From a virus (taxonomy: Duplodnaviria; Caudoviricetes): 38,924 nucleotides of DNA. A program made the translations under genes and the position numbers. Location: positions 1 to 38,924 of the IMG/VR virus record IMGVR_UViG_3300032257_000049, one strand, 5' to 3'. The notes beneath the pieces were generated by a model. That model saw nothing but the letters and a program-made list of their open reading frames with translations, searched no databases and was not told the origin of the DNA. Position 1 is the stretch's first letter, and each line of letters begins with the position of its first letter. Positions 16,397-25,531 of this stretch are shown here, in pieces.

Positions 16397-16663
16397 ATGG
16401 ATCAGCTAACAGAAAAAGAAGCACTTGAAAAAGCCATTGCCTTTTTTGGTGGGCGGGGCGCAAAAAAACGCTTTGCCCTGGCAATGAATGTGTCAGACAT
16501 GGTGGTGAGCAACTGGCTAAAACGCCAGCTGCCTGCTGATGAGGTGCTGACGGTTGAGCGTGTGTGCGGCTATACCGTGTCACGCCATCAATTGCGGCCT
16601 TCATTGTATCCGCTGGATTTTGATTGTCAGTGTGTGGCCTGTCAGCAAAAAAAGGCGGCGTGA
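16397..16663 (+). CDS. cro: Cro/YdaS-like repressor
   Basis: ALEKAIAFFGG..FALAMNVSDMVVSNWLKR.LPA...VSRHQLRPSLY. Confidence 0.85.
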   Translation: MDQLTEKEALEKAIAFFGGRGAKKRFALAMNVSDMVVSNWLKRQLPADEVLTVERVCGYTVSRHQLRPSLYPLDFDCQCVACQQKKAA

Positions 16664-16951
16664 TCATAACCACAACGCCAGCTGACTGAAGCCGTGAAGG
16701 GCGTGGTCTTCAGAGAGTTCAAATATTTGCACCCTGTCAGCATCGGTTAATAAATGCTGGTTCAGGTGCTTAAGAATTGCGGCGGCGTGGTCATCGGTTT
16801 TAAGGCATAGGCTGATACTGCGATCTGTCACAAAGGCTGGATAAAACCGGCCTAATGGTTTGACCGCTGTTTTCAATGCATCGCCTTTACGGATTAAATG
16901 CGCGGGCGTTGGCACAGCAAAATGAATGATGAGAATAAACGTTTTATACAT
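16664..16951 (-). CDS. Small antisense protein between cro and cII (possible Cas2-like ferredoxin fold)
   Basis: 95 aa exactly filling the cro-cII gap; alternating beta/alpha pattern ending DRVQIFEL...GF...WL. Confidence 0.55.
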   Translation of the reverse strand: MYKTFILIIHFAVPTPAHLIRKGDALKTAVKPLGRFYPAFVTDRSISLCLKTDDHAAAILKHLNQHLLTDADRVQIFELSEDHALHGFSQLALWL

Positions 16952-17008
16952 GATCTGGCTTTTGTTATTTAAGTTGAATTAAGTGTAAACAAACTGGGGA
17001 AAAAGAAA

Positions 17009-17578
17009 ATGAAGACTGGTATTCATGAACCGCGCAGCATGACCATCAAACGCCATGTGAATGACTATATGCTGAACACAAATATCAGTGAACAGACGTT
17101 TGCTGAAAATGTAAAAACCATTTATCACGACAGGGTACCTGATCCTGATGACCGCGTGATTAAATTTCATGAAGGCCGTGATGCCTATGAAGACATGAAG
17201 TCAAACGGTCAGCTTTTATTTCGCATGATGAAAGCGCACGTCAAATTCCCGTCTGATATTGAAGAACCGGTTGTGCTGGCTTTGCCAGATAAAGAACAGC
17301 GTAATTTAAGAACAGCACTGGCCGCCCGTTATGATGAATTAGCGGTGCCGATTCCACACAATGAGCCAGAAGAAAATATTTATTCTTTATCGGTCTTATT
17401 AAAAACCACCGGTGCCACCATTGAAAGCCTTGCGCCTATTCTGGCAGACAACAAAATTGATGAAGCGGATATTCCGCACGCTAAAAAAGCATTGCAGGGC
17501 ATTAACCAGTCAATGGCTGAATTAATACGCTGGCAAAAAGCCATCACAGATATTTTTCCAGATAAACACGACAATTAA
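17009..17578 (+). CDS. CII-like phage regulatory protein
   Basis: Position after cro; C-terminal LADNKIDEAD motif typical of CII-like/YmfL proteins. Confidence 0.65.
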   Translation: MKTGIHEPRSMTIKRHVNDYMLNTNISEQTFAENVKTIYHDRVPDPDDRVIKFHEGRDAYEDMKSNGQLLFRMMKAHVKFPSDIEEPVVLALPDKEQRNLRTALAARYDELAVPIPHNEPEENIYSLSVLLKTTGATIESLAPILADNKIDEADIPHAKKALQGINQSMAELIRWQKAITDIFPDKHDN

Positions 17579-17592
17579 TAAGGGGGATTAAT

Positions 17593-17814
17593 ATGGCTAT
17601 TTTAAAATTGTATCAAGTGAAAGAACGGATAAAAAACGCAGAACCAGAATCACCGGTAGCGGTGTTTCATGTGGAAAAAAACACTTATGAAGTGTTGTTT
17701 GCAACCACGGTGTTGACAGCAAAAAGAATTGAACTGGGTGAAGCCGATTACATGGGCAGCTTTCACGGTAAGTCAGATCCTAAATTGATTCGTCACGTAT
17801 TTGGTGGGTTGTAA
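17593..17814 (+). CDS. Hypothetical protein
   Basis: 73 aa, RBS AAGGGGG. Confidence 0.65.
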   Translation: MAILKLYQVKERIKNAEPESPVAVFHVEKNTYEVLFATTVLTAKRIELGEADYMGSFHGKSDPKLIRHVFGGL

Positions 17815-17815
17815 A

Positions 17816-18022
17816 ATGGATGAAAAAATTATTGCTATTTTAAATATTCTGGTTGTAAAGCCTTTACGGTTTGAACCGTTGTTTGAAGAAATTAATAAAA
17901 CATATTCACTGCACCGTGACGGGCTTGAAAGTATTTTGCAGGTGATGACAAAAGAAAAGTTTGTGGTGGTTAAACATGAAGTCTGGTCTGTTAATAAATG
18001 GCCAGATAAAAAAGCCGCTTAA
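17816..18022 (+). CDS. Hypothetical protein (possible winged helix)
   Basis: 68 aa from ATG 17816. Confidence 0.55.
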   Translation: MDEKIIAILNILVVKPLRFEPLFEEINKTYSLHRDGLESILQVMTKEKFVVVKHEVWSVNKWPDKKAA

Positions 18023-18032
18023 TAAACCGGTC

Positions 18033-18248
18033 ATGGCCATGCAGATTGAATTGAATGAAATTAGTTCTGACCCTGAAGCAAATCATTTGTTTCGTGAGCG
18101 CGTCACATTGAAGCATGAAGAAGGCTGTAATGTGTGCGAGTTCCGATATAAAGAAAAAAGTTTTGCTGGGGTATCAATTTGCAGTGACAATTTTAAGAGG
18201 CCGTTAAGCGGGCAAAAATATTGTCATCACTGGCAGCTGGAAGGGTAG
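18033..18248 (+). CDS. Small Cys-rich hypothetical protein
   Basis: CNVC...C...CHHW. Confidence 0.55.
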   Translation: MAMQIELNEISSDPEANHLFRERVTLKHEEGCNVCEFRYKEKSFAGVSICSDNFKRPLSGQKYCHHWQLEG

Positions 18249-18255
18249 GGAAATA

Positions 18256-18405
18256 ATGAATATTAAAAATATTATTGATGGGGCGGCTGAATGTGGGTCA
18301 GCTTTTATTGTGATTATTGTTTTGCTTATTAGAAGTGTTTTTGATCCGGTGGTGCTGTTTGGGATTGCTGCAATTTTCTATCTTATACATTCAACGGGCT
18401 ATTAG
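18256..18405 (+). CDS. Small membrane protein (49 aa, not in ORF track)
   Basis: MNIKNIIDGAAECGSAFIVIIVLLIRSVFDPVVLFGIAAIFYLIHSTGY; RBS AGGGA; stop abuts primase ATG. Confidence 0.5.
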   Translation: MNIKNIIDGAAECGSAFIVIIVLLIRSVFDPVVLFGIAAIFYLIHSTGY

Positions 18406-18406
18406 C

Positions 18407-19456
18407 ATGAAAGAGTTTTTTTCAATCGACCTGAACAAGGCCGCTGACGCGCTGACGTTTATTGATTCAACAGACCGTGAAACGTGGGTGGCTATGGCAG
18501 GGGCAATGAAGTCTGAATTTGGTGAAGCCGGTTTTGATACCTGGGATTACTGGTCATCAGGTGCCAGCAATTACAATAAGAAAGCAGCCTTGTCCGTCTG
18601 GAAAAGTATCAGGCCGTTTGGCAGTGATAAAACAGCCACCATTGCCAGTCTTATTTATTTAGCAAAAGAAAGCGGTTTTGAAATTGAAGCCGATGCATTG
18701 ACTGATGAACAAAAAAAACAACATCAAAAAGCCCGTGAAGAAAAACAAAAGCTGCGTGAAAAAGAATGGCAGCAACAACAAATAATCATTCAACAGCAAC
18801 AACGACAGACCGCGCAGCTGGCACAAACGATCTGGCGGCACCACACATCAAAAGGTGGCCAGAGTGAATACTTAGATAATAAAAAAGTCAGGCCATTTAA
18901 TATTCGTTTTATTGCCAATGCATTGATTGTGGTTAACCGTGAAGATGATCAGCGATTGATTCAGGGGTCAGCCAACGTCAGTGCGTTTTATAACAGTGAA
19001 GACAAAGATGCGGGCGGGTTCCATCATTTTAAATCGGGCTGTTTAGTGGTGCCGATGTTTGATGAAACTAAAGAGATTCAGAACCTGCAAATTATTAAAC
19101 CATCGGGCATAAAAACCTTTTTAAAAAATGGCCGTAAAAAAGGCTGCTTTCATGTCATCGGTGACATATCAAATTCAAAGGTTATTTTATTTGCAGAAGG
19201 CTATTCAACCGCCGCGTCATTACATCAGGCCACTGAATTGCCGGTGGTCATTGCCTTTGATTCTGGGAACCTGCCACCGGTGGCTAAATCCATTAAAAAA
19301 TTATTTCCTGATAGCGGCTTTGTGGTTTGTGGTGATGATGATGTGGACAACGAAAAAAACCCAGGCAGAAAAAAAGCATTAGCCGCCGCTGAAGCCATTG
19401 GGGGCGTGGCTGTTTTTCCGTGCTTTACATCGCAAGGGGTGTGTGCTGATGAGTGA
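18407..19456 (+). CDS. Primase: PriCT-2 + Toprim domain
   Basis: DRETWVAMAGAMKSEFG..FDTWDYWS (PriCT-2); FAEGYSTA, VIAFDSGNL, CGDDD (Toprim). Confidence 0.88.
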   Translation: MKEFFSIDLNKAADALTFIDSTDRETWVAMAGAMKSEFGEAGFDTWDYWSSGASNYNKKAALSVWKSIRPFGSDKTATIASLIYLAKESGFEIEADALTDEQKKQHQKAREEKQKLREKEWQQQQIIIQQQQRQTAQLAQTIWRHHTSKGGQSEYLDNKKVRPFNIRFIANALIVVNREDDQRLIQGSANVSAFYNSEDKDAGGFHHFKSGCLVVPMFDETKEIQNLQIIKPSGIKTFLKNGRKKGCFHVIGDISNSKVILFAEGYSTAASLHQATELPVVIAFDSGNLPPVAKSIKKLFPDSGFVVCGDDDVDNEKNPGRKKALAAAEAIGGVAVFPCFTSQGVCADE

Positions 19457-20882
19457 TAACAAATCAACACCGACTGACTTTAATGATTTGCATTTATCGC
19501 ATGGCATTGATGCGGTTCAGCAACAAATTTTTTCATCGTTAGATTCTGCACAGACCCCCGCACGGCGCGAGCCTTTTTTAGGGGGGGAAGACCTTAGTCA
19601 ATACCCCCCAGAACAAGCTGCGCCGCCAGATGATAGCTGGCAGCAATTGGTTTTACGCACTAAAGACGGCGTGGTTAAAGCCTGTTCAGGCAATGTGGAA
19701 TTGATCTTAAGAAATGATGAGCGCTGGAAAAATGCACTGGGCTATTGTGATTTTTCTTATCGGGTGATCAAACACCATGCCCCCATGCCAGATATGCAGG
19801 CCGGTGAATGGGAGGATGCCGACACCGCCCGCGTTATTATCTGGCTGGCTCATAATTTCCGGTTAACGGTATCAAAAAACCATGTGCAGGAAGCACTCAT
19901 TGTGGTCGCACAAAAAGCCCGCTTTCATCCGGTCAGGGATTATTTGTCAGGGCTGGTTTGGGATGGCCGGTCAAGATTAAATGACTGGCTTAAAAAGGCT
20001 ATGAATTCCCCAGTTGATGAAGAATATCTGGCGCTGGCTGGTAAAAAGTTTTTAATTGGCGCGGTGGCCAGAGTTATGCACCCTGGCTGCAAAATGGACA
20101 ACGTGTTAATTCTTGAAGGTGAACAAGGCAAAGGAAAATCAACCATTGTAAGTATTTTATTTGGTGACTGGTATTCAGATGCACCGTTGCCGCTGGGTGA
20201 TAAAGATGCCTATCAAAATATTCAGGGCGTGTGGGGTGCTGAACTGGCTGAACTCGATAGTTTCAACAAAGCCGAAAGCACCACGGCCAAAATGTTTTTC
20301 TCTCAGGTCAGGGATCGTTACCGGCCTTCTTATGGTCACACCGCACAAGACTTTCCCAGACAGTGTGTGTTTATCGGCACCACAAATCAGGAAGAATACT
20401 TAAAAGACTACACGGGCAATCGGCGTTATTGGCCGGTCACATGTTTGGCGCTAAATACTAAATGGATCAAACAGCATCATGATCAGTTGTGGGCAGAGGC
20501 TTTGCATTTTTATCAAGCCGGTGAAAAGTGGTGGCCAGATGATGATGAGGTGAAATTGTTTATAGAAGAACAAGACAAGCGATTACAAATTGACCCGTGG
20601 CAATACCCAATTGAGTTTTATTTGCGCAGTGTTGATCAATCATGGGTGACGGCTGACATGGTGCTGGTTGGTGCTATCAAAAAAGACAACGGCACGCACA
20701 CGCGGGCTGATCAAAATAGACTTGCACCTATGATGAAATTAATAGGCTGGCATAAAAGACGCAAAACCGTTGTTGATATTGACGGAAGCCGTCGCCAACG
20801 GCACGTATATGTCAGACCCAATGATTGGGATATGAACAAAAAAGAAGGTCAGCAAGAACCGATGATGCCCGATGATGAATAA
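19449..20882 (+). CDS. VapE-family (virulence-associated E) NTPase/helicase
   Basis: FHPVRDYL, Walker A GEQGKGKST, ELAELD, GTTN, GNRRYWPV; RBS AAGGGG. Confidence 0.9.
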   Translation: MSDNKSTPTDFNDLHLSHGIDAVQQQIFSSLDSAQTPARREPFLGGEDLSQYPPEQAAPPDDSWQQLVLRTKDGVVKACSGNVELILRNDERWKNALGYCDFSYRVIKHHAPMPDMQAGEWEDADTARVIIWLAHNFRLTVSKNHVQEALIVVAQKARFHPVRDYLSGLVWDGRSRLNDWLKKAMNSPVDEEYLALAGKKFLIGAVARVMHPGCKMDNVLILEGEQGKGKSTIVSILFGDWYSDAPLPLGDKDAYQNIQGVWGAELAELDSFNKAESTTAKMFFSQVRDRYRPSYGHTAQDFPRQCVFIGTTNQEEYLKDYTGNRRYWPVTCLALNTKWIKQHHDQLWAEALHFYQAGEKWWPDDDEVKLFIEEQDKRLQIDPWQYPIEFYLRSVDQSWVTADMVLVGAIKKDNGTHTRADQNRLAPMMKLIGWHKRRKTVVDIDGSRRQRHVYVRPNDWDMNKKEGQQEPMMPDDE

Positions 20883-20896
20883 ATCATGCGTTTATT

Positions 20897-21116
20897 TGCC
20901 GACCTTGCCAACCTGTTTTTTGAGGTTGTCTAAGGTTACAGGTTGCCTGATTGCGGGGTTTGCCAACGTGCCGACCTTGCCAACGGGTCATCATGTATAC
21001 GCGCGCGCACTCGTTCATTTGTTAATAATATTAATTAGGTTAACTAACTTAATAAAACATTTTCAAATCAATCAGTTAAACATAGCCAACGTAAAAAAAA
21101 GGGTTGGCAAGGTTGT
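20897..21116. repeat. Probable replication origin (iterons, AT-rich core, IHF site)
   Basis: TGCCGACCTTGCCAAC at 20897 and 20969, inverted GGTTGGCAAGGTTG near 21102, AT-rich tract about 21016-21080, IHF consensus AATCAATCAGTTA at 21066-21078. Confidence 0.7.
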
Positions 21117-21119
21117 CTT

Positions 21120-21365
21120 ATGAAGTGGAAGCGAATAAACAGGGTCAGAAGTTTGTCATCATGTGGGTACGTGATTGAAGCGCTGGGTGATCACCGGCCT
21201 TATGTGTACGTGATATGGCCACCAGTTAAACCAGGGGATGTGATGTTTAAATTTCCGCACAGAGTCATTCAGGTGTTCGGTGATGGTTCTGAAAAAGAAA
21301 AAGTTGAAAAAGCCAAACTGTTTTGTGAACAACATTTTATTGAAGGGGAAAAAGATGCCGCATAA
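21120..21365 (+). CDS. Hypothetical protein
   Basis: 81 aa; MKWKR...AKLFCEQH pattern common in phage nin-type regions. Confidence 0.65.
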   Translation: MKWKRINRVRSLSSCGYVIEALGDHRPYVYVIWPPVKPGDVMFKFPHRVIQVFGDGSEKEKVEKAKLFCEQHFIEGEKDAA

Positions 21366-21729
21366 CACACTGAATGAAACCAGAAAACGTTTAAGACGCT
21401 GGGGGGCTTATATGGATAAGCCGTCAGGTGCTGGCGGTTGTTTGGATATTCCTAAAAAATCAGCGTTATTAAATATTAATACCACGGGCAGTAAACCGGC
21501 TTTTTATGATGACCCTGATGCATGGGAAATTGAATCGGTTCTTATCCGGTTAAAGCAAAAAAATAAACCGTGGTATCAGTCGCTGTTGTTTACTTATCAA
21601 TACAATGAAACCAACACGCGTGGTGCTGAATTGCTGAAGGTGAGTTTGGCCGCTTATAAGATTATAAAAAATAACGCGGAAGCCTGGGTTGATGGCCGAC
21701 TGGATGCCATGAAAGAAAAGGCGGCTTGA
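21355..21729 (+). CDS. Late antiterminator Q-like protein
   Basis: LRRWGAY...DDPDAWEIE...AEAWVDGRL; followed by a pR'-like promoter and terminators. Confidence 0.8.
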   Translation: MPHNTLNETRKRLRRWGAYMDKPSGAGGCLDIPKKSALLNINTTGSKPAFYDDPDAWEIESVLIRLKQKNKPWYQSLLFTYQYNETNTRGAELLKVSLAAYKIIKNNAEAWVDGRLDAMKEKAA

Positions 21730-21769
21730 TGCGTTTTTTGAACTTTCGTATCGGATGTTGTTTTTAGGG

Positions 21770-21798
21770 TTGACTGGCTAGCCGCTAACTATTATAAA
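21770..21798 (+). promoter_or_regulatory. Late promoter pR'
   Basis: TTGACT-17-TATAAA downstream of Q. Confidence 0.75.
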
Positions 21799-21828
21799 TA
21801 GGTTAGCTTGTTATTGTTGCCAATTGAG

Positions 21829-21861
21829 AAAGCCCAGCCACCCCAGCTGGGCTTTTTTATT
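21829..21861 (+). terminator. tR'-like terminator
   Basis: AAAGCCCAGC-loop-GCTGGGCTTTTTT. Confidence 0.8.
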
Positions 21862-21916
21862 GCCAATGGTTTTTATGGATGACGACAGATAACAAGCGTT
21901 TCATATTTTTGTGGTT

Positions 21917-21947
21917 AGCCTGCTGATGAAAGTCAGCGGGCTTTTTT
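21917..21947 (+). terminator. Second late-leader terminator
   Basis: AGCCTGCTGA-TGAAAG-TCAGCGGGCT-TTTTT. Confidence 0.75.
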
Positions 21948-21971
21948 ACATCAATGAAAGGAACCTGAATC

Positions 21972-22112
21972 ATGACTGCATTAGTAGAATTTTTCTCCTG
22001 GCTGTTTAACTGTGATTTCATTTCTGACGTTGATGATGATAATGAAACCGAAATTGAAGCCAATGCCATGATCAGCCAATCTGCTATTGCTGAAAGTTTA
22101 AAAGACCATTAA
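21972..22112 (+). CDS. Small acidic protein (46 aa, not in ORF track), first late ORF
   Basis: MTALVEFFSWLFNCDFISDVDDDNETEIEA...; RBS AAAGGA. Confidence 0.45.
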   Translation: MTALVEFFSWLFNCDFISDVDDDNETEIEANAMISQSAIAESLKDH

Positions 22113-22132
22113 TTATTTAATACGGATTTTAT

Positions 22133-22387
22133 ATGTCAAACGCCGCGAGTGTTTCACAATACACAGGGTCAACCATTGTGGTGGTTGCCGGATTCACGCA
22201 ACACGAATGGTCTGTCATTGCTATCTTTTTTGGCTTTGTTTTGGGTGTCGCCGGTTTTTTAGTTAATTTTTATCATAAAAAACATATTCGTATTAATGAT
22301 GAAATTCATAAAAAAGCCATGTTTGAACAGGACAGAAAACACAAAGCACAGTTGATTGAAATAGCTAAAATAAAAAATGACAGTTAG
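22133..22387 (+). CDS. Holin (HP1/phage 21-like)
   Basis: SQYTGS...EWSVIAIFFGFVLGVAGFLVNFYHKK with a basic C-terminal tail. Confidence 0.75.
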   Translation: MSNAASVSQYTGSTIVVVAGFTQHEWSVIAIFFGFVLGVAGFLVNFYHKKHIRINDEIHKKAMFEQDRKHKAQLIEIAKIKNDS

Positions 22388-25300
22388 TGTTGAAAAATAC
22401 GCTGATCCTTTGGCCGTTGGTGATGGTTCAGGGTTTAATTTTGCGAATGCTTACACCAGCTTAGATGCCGCATTAATTGCAGAATGCGCCAGTGGTCAGG
22501 TTTACGCGAACATTAATGAAGTCACTGTTTCTGTAACAACGGAATTTACAACACCAAATCAGACATTAAATTTTTCAGGCTCTGGCGCTACCGCAAGATT
22601 TATTTCTTTAGTCGGTACTACATTGCAATATGAAGTAACTAGCGGAACCCCTGCACAATTTGATGTAATAACGGGAGCCATTGAAGGTGAGGCTAATTTA
22701 GCAGCAATCACGGACGATACAGGCGGAACCGTTACTATTAATCATCGGGGCAATGATACAGTCATAGTGACTACAGCGGCGGCAACAACAACAGCAATTC
22801 ATAAATTAATTATTCAAGGTGATTTTGCAGCAGCAAAACTTGATGCTACCAAATCACGAATTAATGTAGGTAATGCAACCGCATTAACTTTAGCGGCAAA
22901 CCATATTGATATAAAAGGAATTCAAGTTTTATGGCAGCCTGCCGCTAATTCAAAACGCGGCATTACCTGGACGGGCACAGGATTATTAACAACTGATTCT
23001 GTTATTTTAAAATGTGCGGCTACTGGTGGTAATTATATTCGCGGCATTGTTGCTGATGGTGATTTAACGCTGAAGAACACTATTGCCATAGATATAAAAC
23101 GCAGCTCAAATGATTACATCGCTTATTATGTTAGCGGTTCAAAAACGTTAAAAGTGTATAACAGTATTTTAGATAACTGTTATCGTGGGGTATGGAATAA
23201 TTCAACCTCTCCCGCAACAGTTAAAAATAGTGTATTAAATTGCAATGTTGTCAGCGGCGGAACAGGTGCCACTAATTTAGATAATTGCGCAACCTCTGCC
23301 GGTCTTGGGGCAAATCCGGTAATAGTAACAGACTGGAATGATGCGAAATTATTTTATAATCGCTTTCTTGGGGATTATCAGACCGCATGGGATTCTGTAT
23401 TATTAAATGCGGGTATTGGCTCAACGGTTGATGCAGAAGTCCCAGCTAATGATATTTTTGGTAATGCAATACCAGTAGCAGCGACAACAGATATAGGGGT
23501 GCATTATGATGTTGCACTTCATCCAGTAGCAACAGACCCGCGCATTGAATACGGTTTTTCAGAATCATCAGGGTTGGTGTGTGAAAACAATTACAACAGC
23601 CGGTTGAATGGTGTTATTGGTGAGCTGTTAACGGTTACTGATAACGGTGCGCCTATAACAGAATATCAAGGTTATAGTGCTGATGGTGTTAATCATCTTG
23701 TAACGTATGGCACGGCCTCTCCACTGATTACAAAATGGAATACTGACTATAGTGTTGTCATAGATCAAAATACAACACCCTATAGCGGTTATTCAACCAC
23801 CCCCAATACATTGGGCGGCTGTCAGGTTTACAACAATAAATTATATGTAAGCGCTGAAAATATATCTAACTGTCAAAGCTATACGGCTTTTATTGGCATT
23901 TATGATTTATCAATAGCGGGCTTTCCATTAGACAGTTATATTGATTTATCAGCTGAAGGTTTTGAAGTTGGCGGTGTCGCTGTTAATGCGGGCGCTGGTT
24001 ATATTTACGCCGTTTCGTTTTGTGTTTCTAATCGTGTATGGATTTATAATTTATCGTCTCCGCACAATTTTATTGGTTATATAGATTTAGATCATAGAGT
24101 TCATTGTAATGGTATTTACTATGATTCAGTTTCAGATTCATTATTTTTGGTAGCTAAAAATCAAGGGTCAAGCACCGGTTGTGAACGGATATTTAATTTT
24201 AGTTTAACCGGTCAGCTTTTGGGAAGCTGGGCACCGCCCGATATATCTGAAATTGAAGACATCGATGTGAGCACGGGTGATTTCAGATATAACTGTTACC
24301 CTAACGCAAGAATAAGAACGGCGACATATCCGACGGCACCGGTTAGAACCGTTAACAGTATTCACCTAAATAACAAATATTACATTGATGTAACTGATGA
24401 CATTACTGATGAAACGACGTTTGTTTTCGGTATAAAAGCCACGTCATTTTTTTCAGGTAATACGGTTTTTGATAGCAATCTAAGCACCACGCAATGGAAA
24501 GGTGATATTGATGCGGCGGGGTTGTTTAGTTTTAATATTGATGGCGTAAACCCTGTTACTTACACGCTGCCAAGTGCCACGACTCAATATAAGGCAGCCA
24601 TCACTATTGCCGGTAGTGGGGCAACCCGAACCGTTAAATTATATATTGATGATGTTTTGCAGGACACGCAAACACAGGACTGGATTGATCCACCAGAGGA
24701 GCGTTTTGCGTTAGGTGCTGGCAACACGGCAAACACGGCCAGTGATTGTGAATTTTTCTATTTTACCAAATTTGATTATGCGTTAAGTAGTACAGAGCTG
24801 ACGAACTACACGCCGCCCGCGCCACTGTCAATATTATTGACAGTGCAAAATAGTTTGTCAGCGCAATCACTTGATAATGTGGTGTTAACACAAGCAAACG
24901 TTCTTTCTGTTAATGGGTCGTTGTCCACACAGACAATAGATAACCTGGCGTTAACACAAGCCAACACCATTGCGATTGATTCAATGTTATCAGCACAGGT
25001 GATTGACAATATTGACTTAACGCAGGCCAATATTTTAATAATTGATGACAGCCAGTCAGCACAGTTGCTTGATGATCTGGTTTTATCAATAGCAAGCCAG
25101 CTGACAATTCAGGAAAGTCTGTCTTCACAAACAACTGACAATATTGACTTAACACAAGCCAACACCATTGCGATTGATTCAACGTTATCAGCACAGTTGA
25201 CTGACAATCTTGAATTAACGCAGGCTAACATTTTAATAATTGATGGCAGTCAGTCAGCGCAGTTGCTTGATGATCTGGTTTTATCAATAGCAAGTCAGCT

Positions 25301-25520
25301 GACAATTCAGGAAAGCCTGTCTTCACAAACAACTGACAATATTGACTTAACACAATCAAATACACTGGTGATTGATAACACGTTATTGATTCAGCTGTTG
25401 GATAGTTTATTTATTAATAATGGCGTGAACGTGCCCACGGGTGATCTGGTGTTGCTGATCAGTGATGAAGGGCGTTTATTGGTCGTTACTGATGAGCATA
25501 AAAAAATGACGATTCATTAA
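22377..25520 (+). CDS. Large fibre/adhesin-like protein (beta-helix, beta-propeller, LamG-like domain, 22-aa stalk repeats)
   Basis: 1047 aa; Asn-ladder region, propeller-like blades, LamG-like KLYIDD...FDYALSSTE, C-terminal repeats. Confidence 0.7.
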   Translation: MTVSVEKYADPLAVGDGSGFNFANAYTSLDAALIAECASGQVYANINEVTVSVTTEFTTPNQTLNFSGSGATARFISLVGTTLQYEVTSGTPAQFDVITGAIEGEANLAAITDDTGGTVTINHRGNDTVIVTTAAATTTAIHKLIIQGDFAAAKLDATKSRINVGNATALTLAANHIDIKGIQVLWQPAANSKRGITWTGTGLLTTDSVILKCAATGGNYIRGIVADGDLTLKNTIAIDIKRSSNDYIAYYVSGSKTLKVYNSILDNCYRGVWNNSTSPATVKNSVLNCNVVSGGTGATNLDNCATSAGLGANPVIVTDWNDAKLFYNRFLGDYQTAWDSVLLNAGIGSTVDAEVPANDIFGNAIPVAATTDIGVHYDVALHPVATDPRIEYGFSESSGLVCENNYNSRLNGVIGELLTVTDNGAPITEYQGYSADGVNHLVTYGTASPLITKWNTDYSVVIDQNTTPYSGYSTTPNTLGGCQVYNNKLYVSAENISNCQSYTAFIGIYDLSIAGFPLDSYIDLSAEGFEVGGVAVNAGAGYIYAVSFCVSNRVWIYNLSSPHNFIGYIDLDHRVHCNGIYYDSVSDSLFLVAKNQGSSTGCERIFNFSLTGQLLGSWAPPDISEIEDIDVSTGDFRYNCYPNARIRTATYPTAPVRTVNSIHLNNKYYIDVTDDITDETTFVFGIKATSFFSGNTVFDSNLSTTQWKGDIDAAGLFSFNIDGVNPVTYTLPSATTQYKAAITIAGSGATRTVKLYIDDVLQDTQTQDWIDPPEERFALGAGNTANTASDCEFFYFTKFDYALSSTELTNYTPPAPLSILLTVQNSLSAQSLDNVVLTQANVLSVNGSLSTQTIDNLALTQANTIAIDSMLSAQVIDNIDLTQANILIIDDSQSAQLLDDLVLSIASQLTIQESLSSQTTDNIDLTQANTIAIDSTLSAQLTDNLELTQANILIIDGSQSAQLLDDLVLSIASQLTIQESLSSQTTDNIDLTQSNTLVIDNTLLIQLLDSLFINNGVNVPTGDLVLLISDEGRLLVVTDEHKKMTIH
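24835..25410 (+). repeat. Coding 66-bp (22-aa) tandem repeats with a higher-order 198-bp duplication
   Basis: About 9 units of L.(I/V).(D/N)S.S.Q..DN..LTQAN; TTAACACAAGCCAACACCATTGCGATTGATTCAA at 24951 and 25149. Confidence 0.9.
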
Positions 25521-25531
25521 AGGGGTTAACT

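Noticed and set aside
18317-18406. Upstream TTG start of the primase given in the track
   Set aside because: Overlaps a better 49-aa ORF; ATG 18407 precedes the PriCT-2 domain
20872-21123. 83-aa ORF in the track
   Set aside because: The repeated PTLPT is the translation of origin iterons; probably non-coding
24835-25410. Repeats as a CRISPR array or DGR template/variable pair
   Set aside because: In-frame coding repeats with no unique spacers; no reverse transcriptase in the genome
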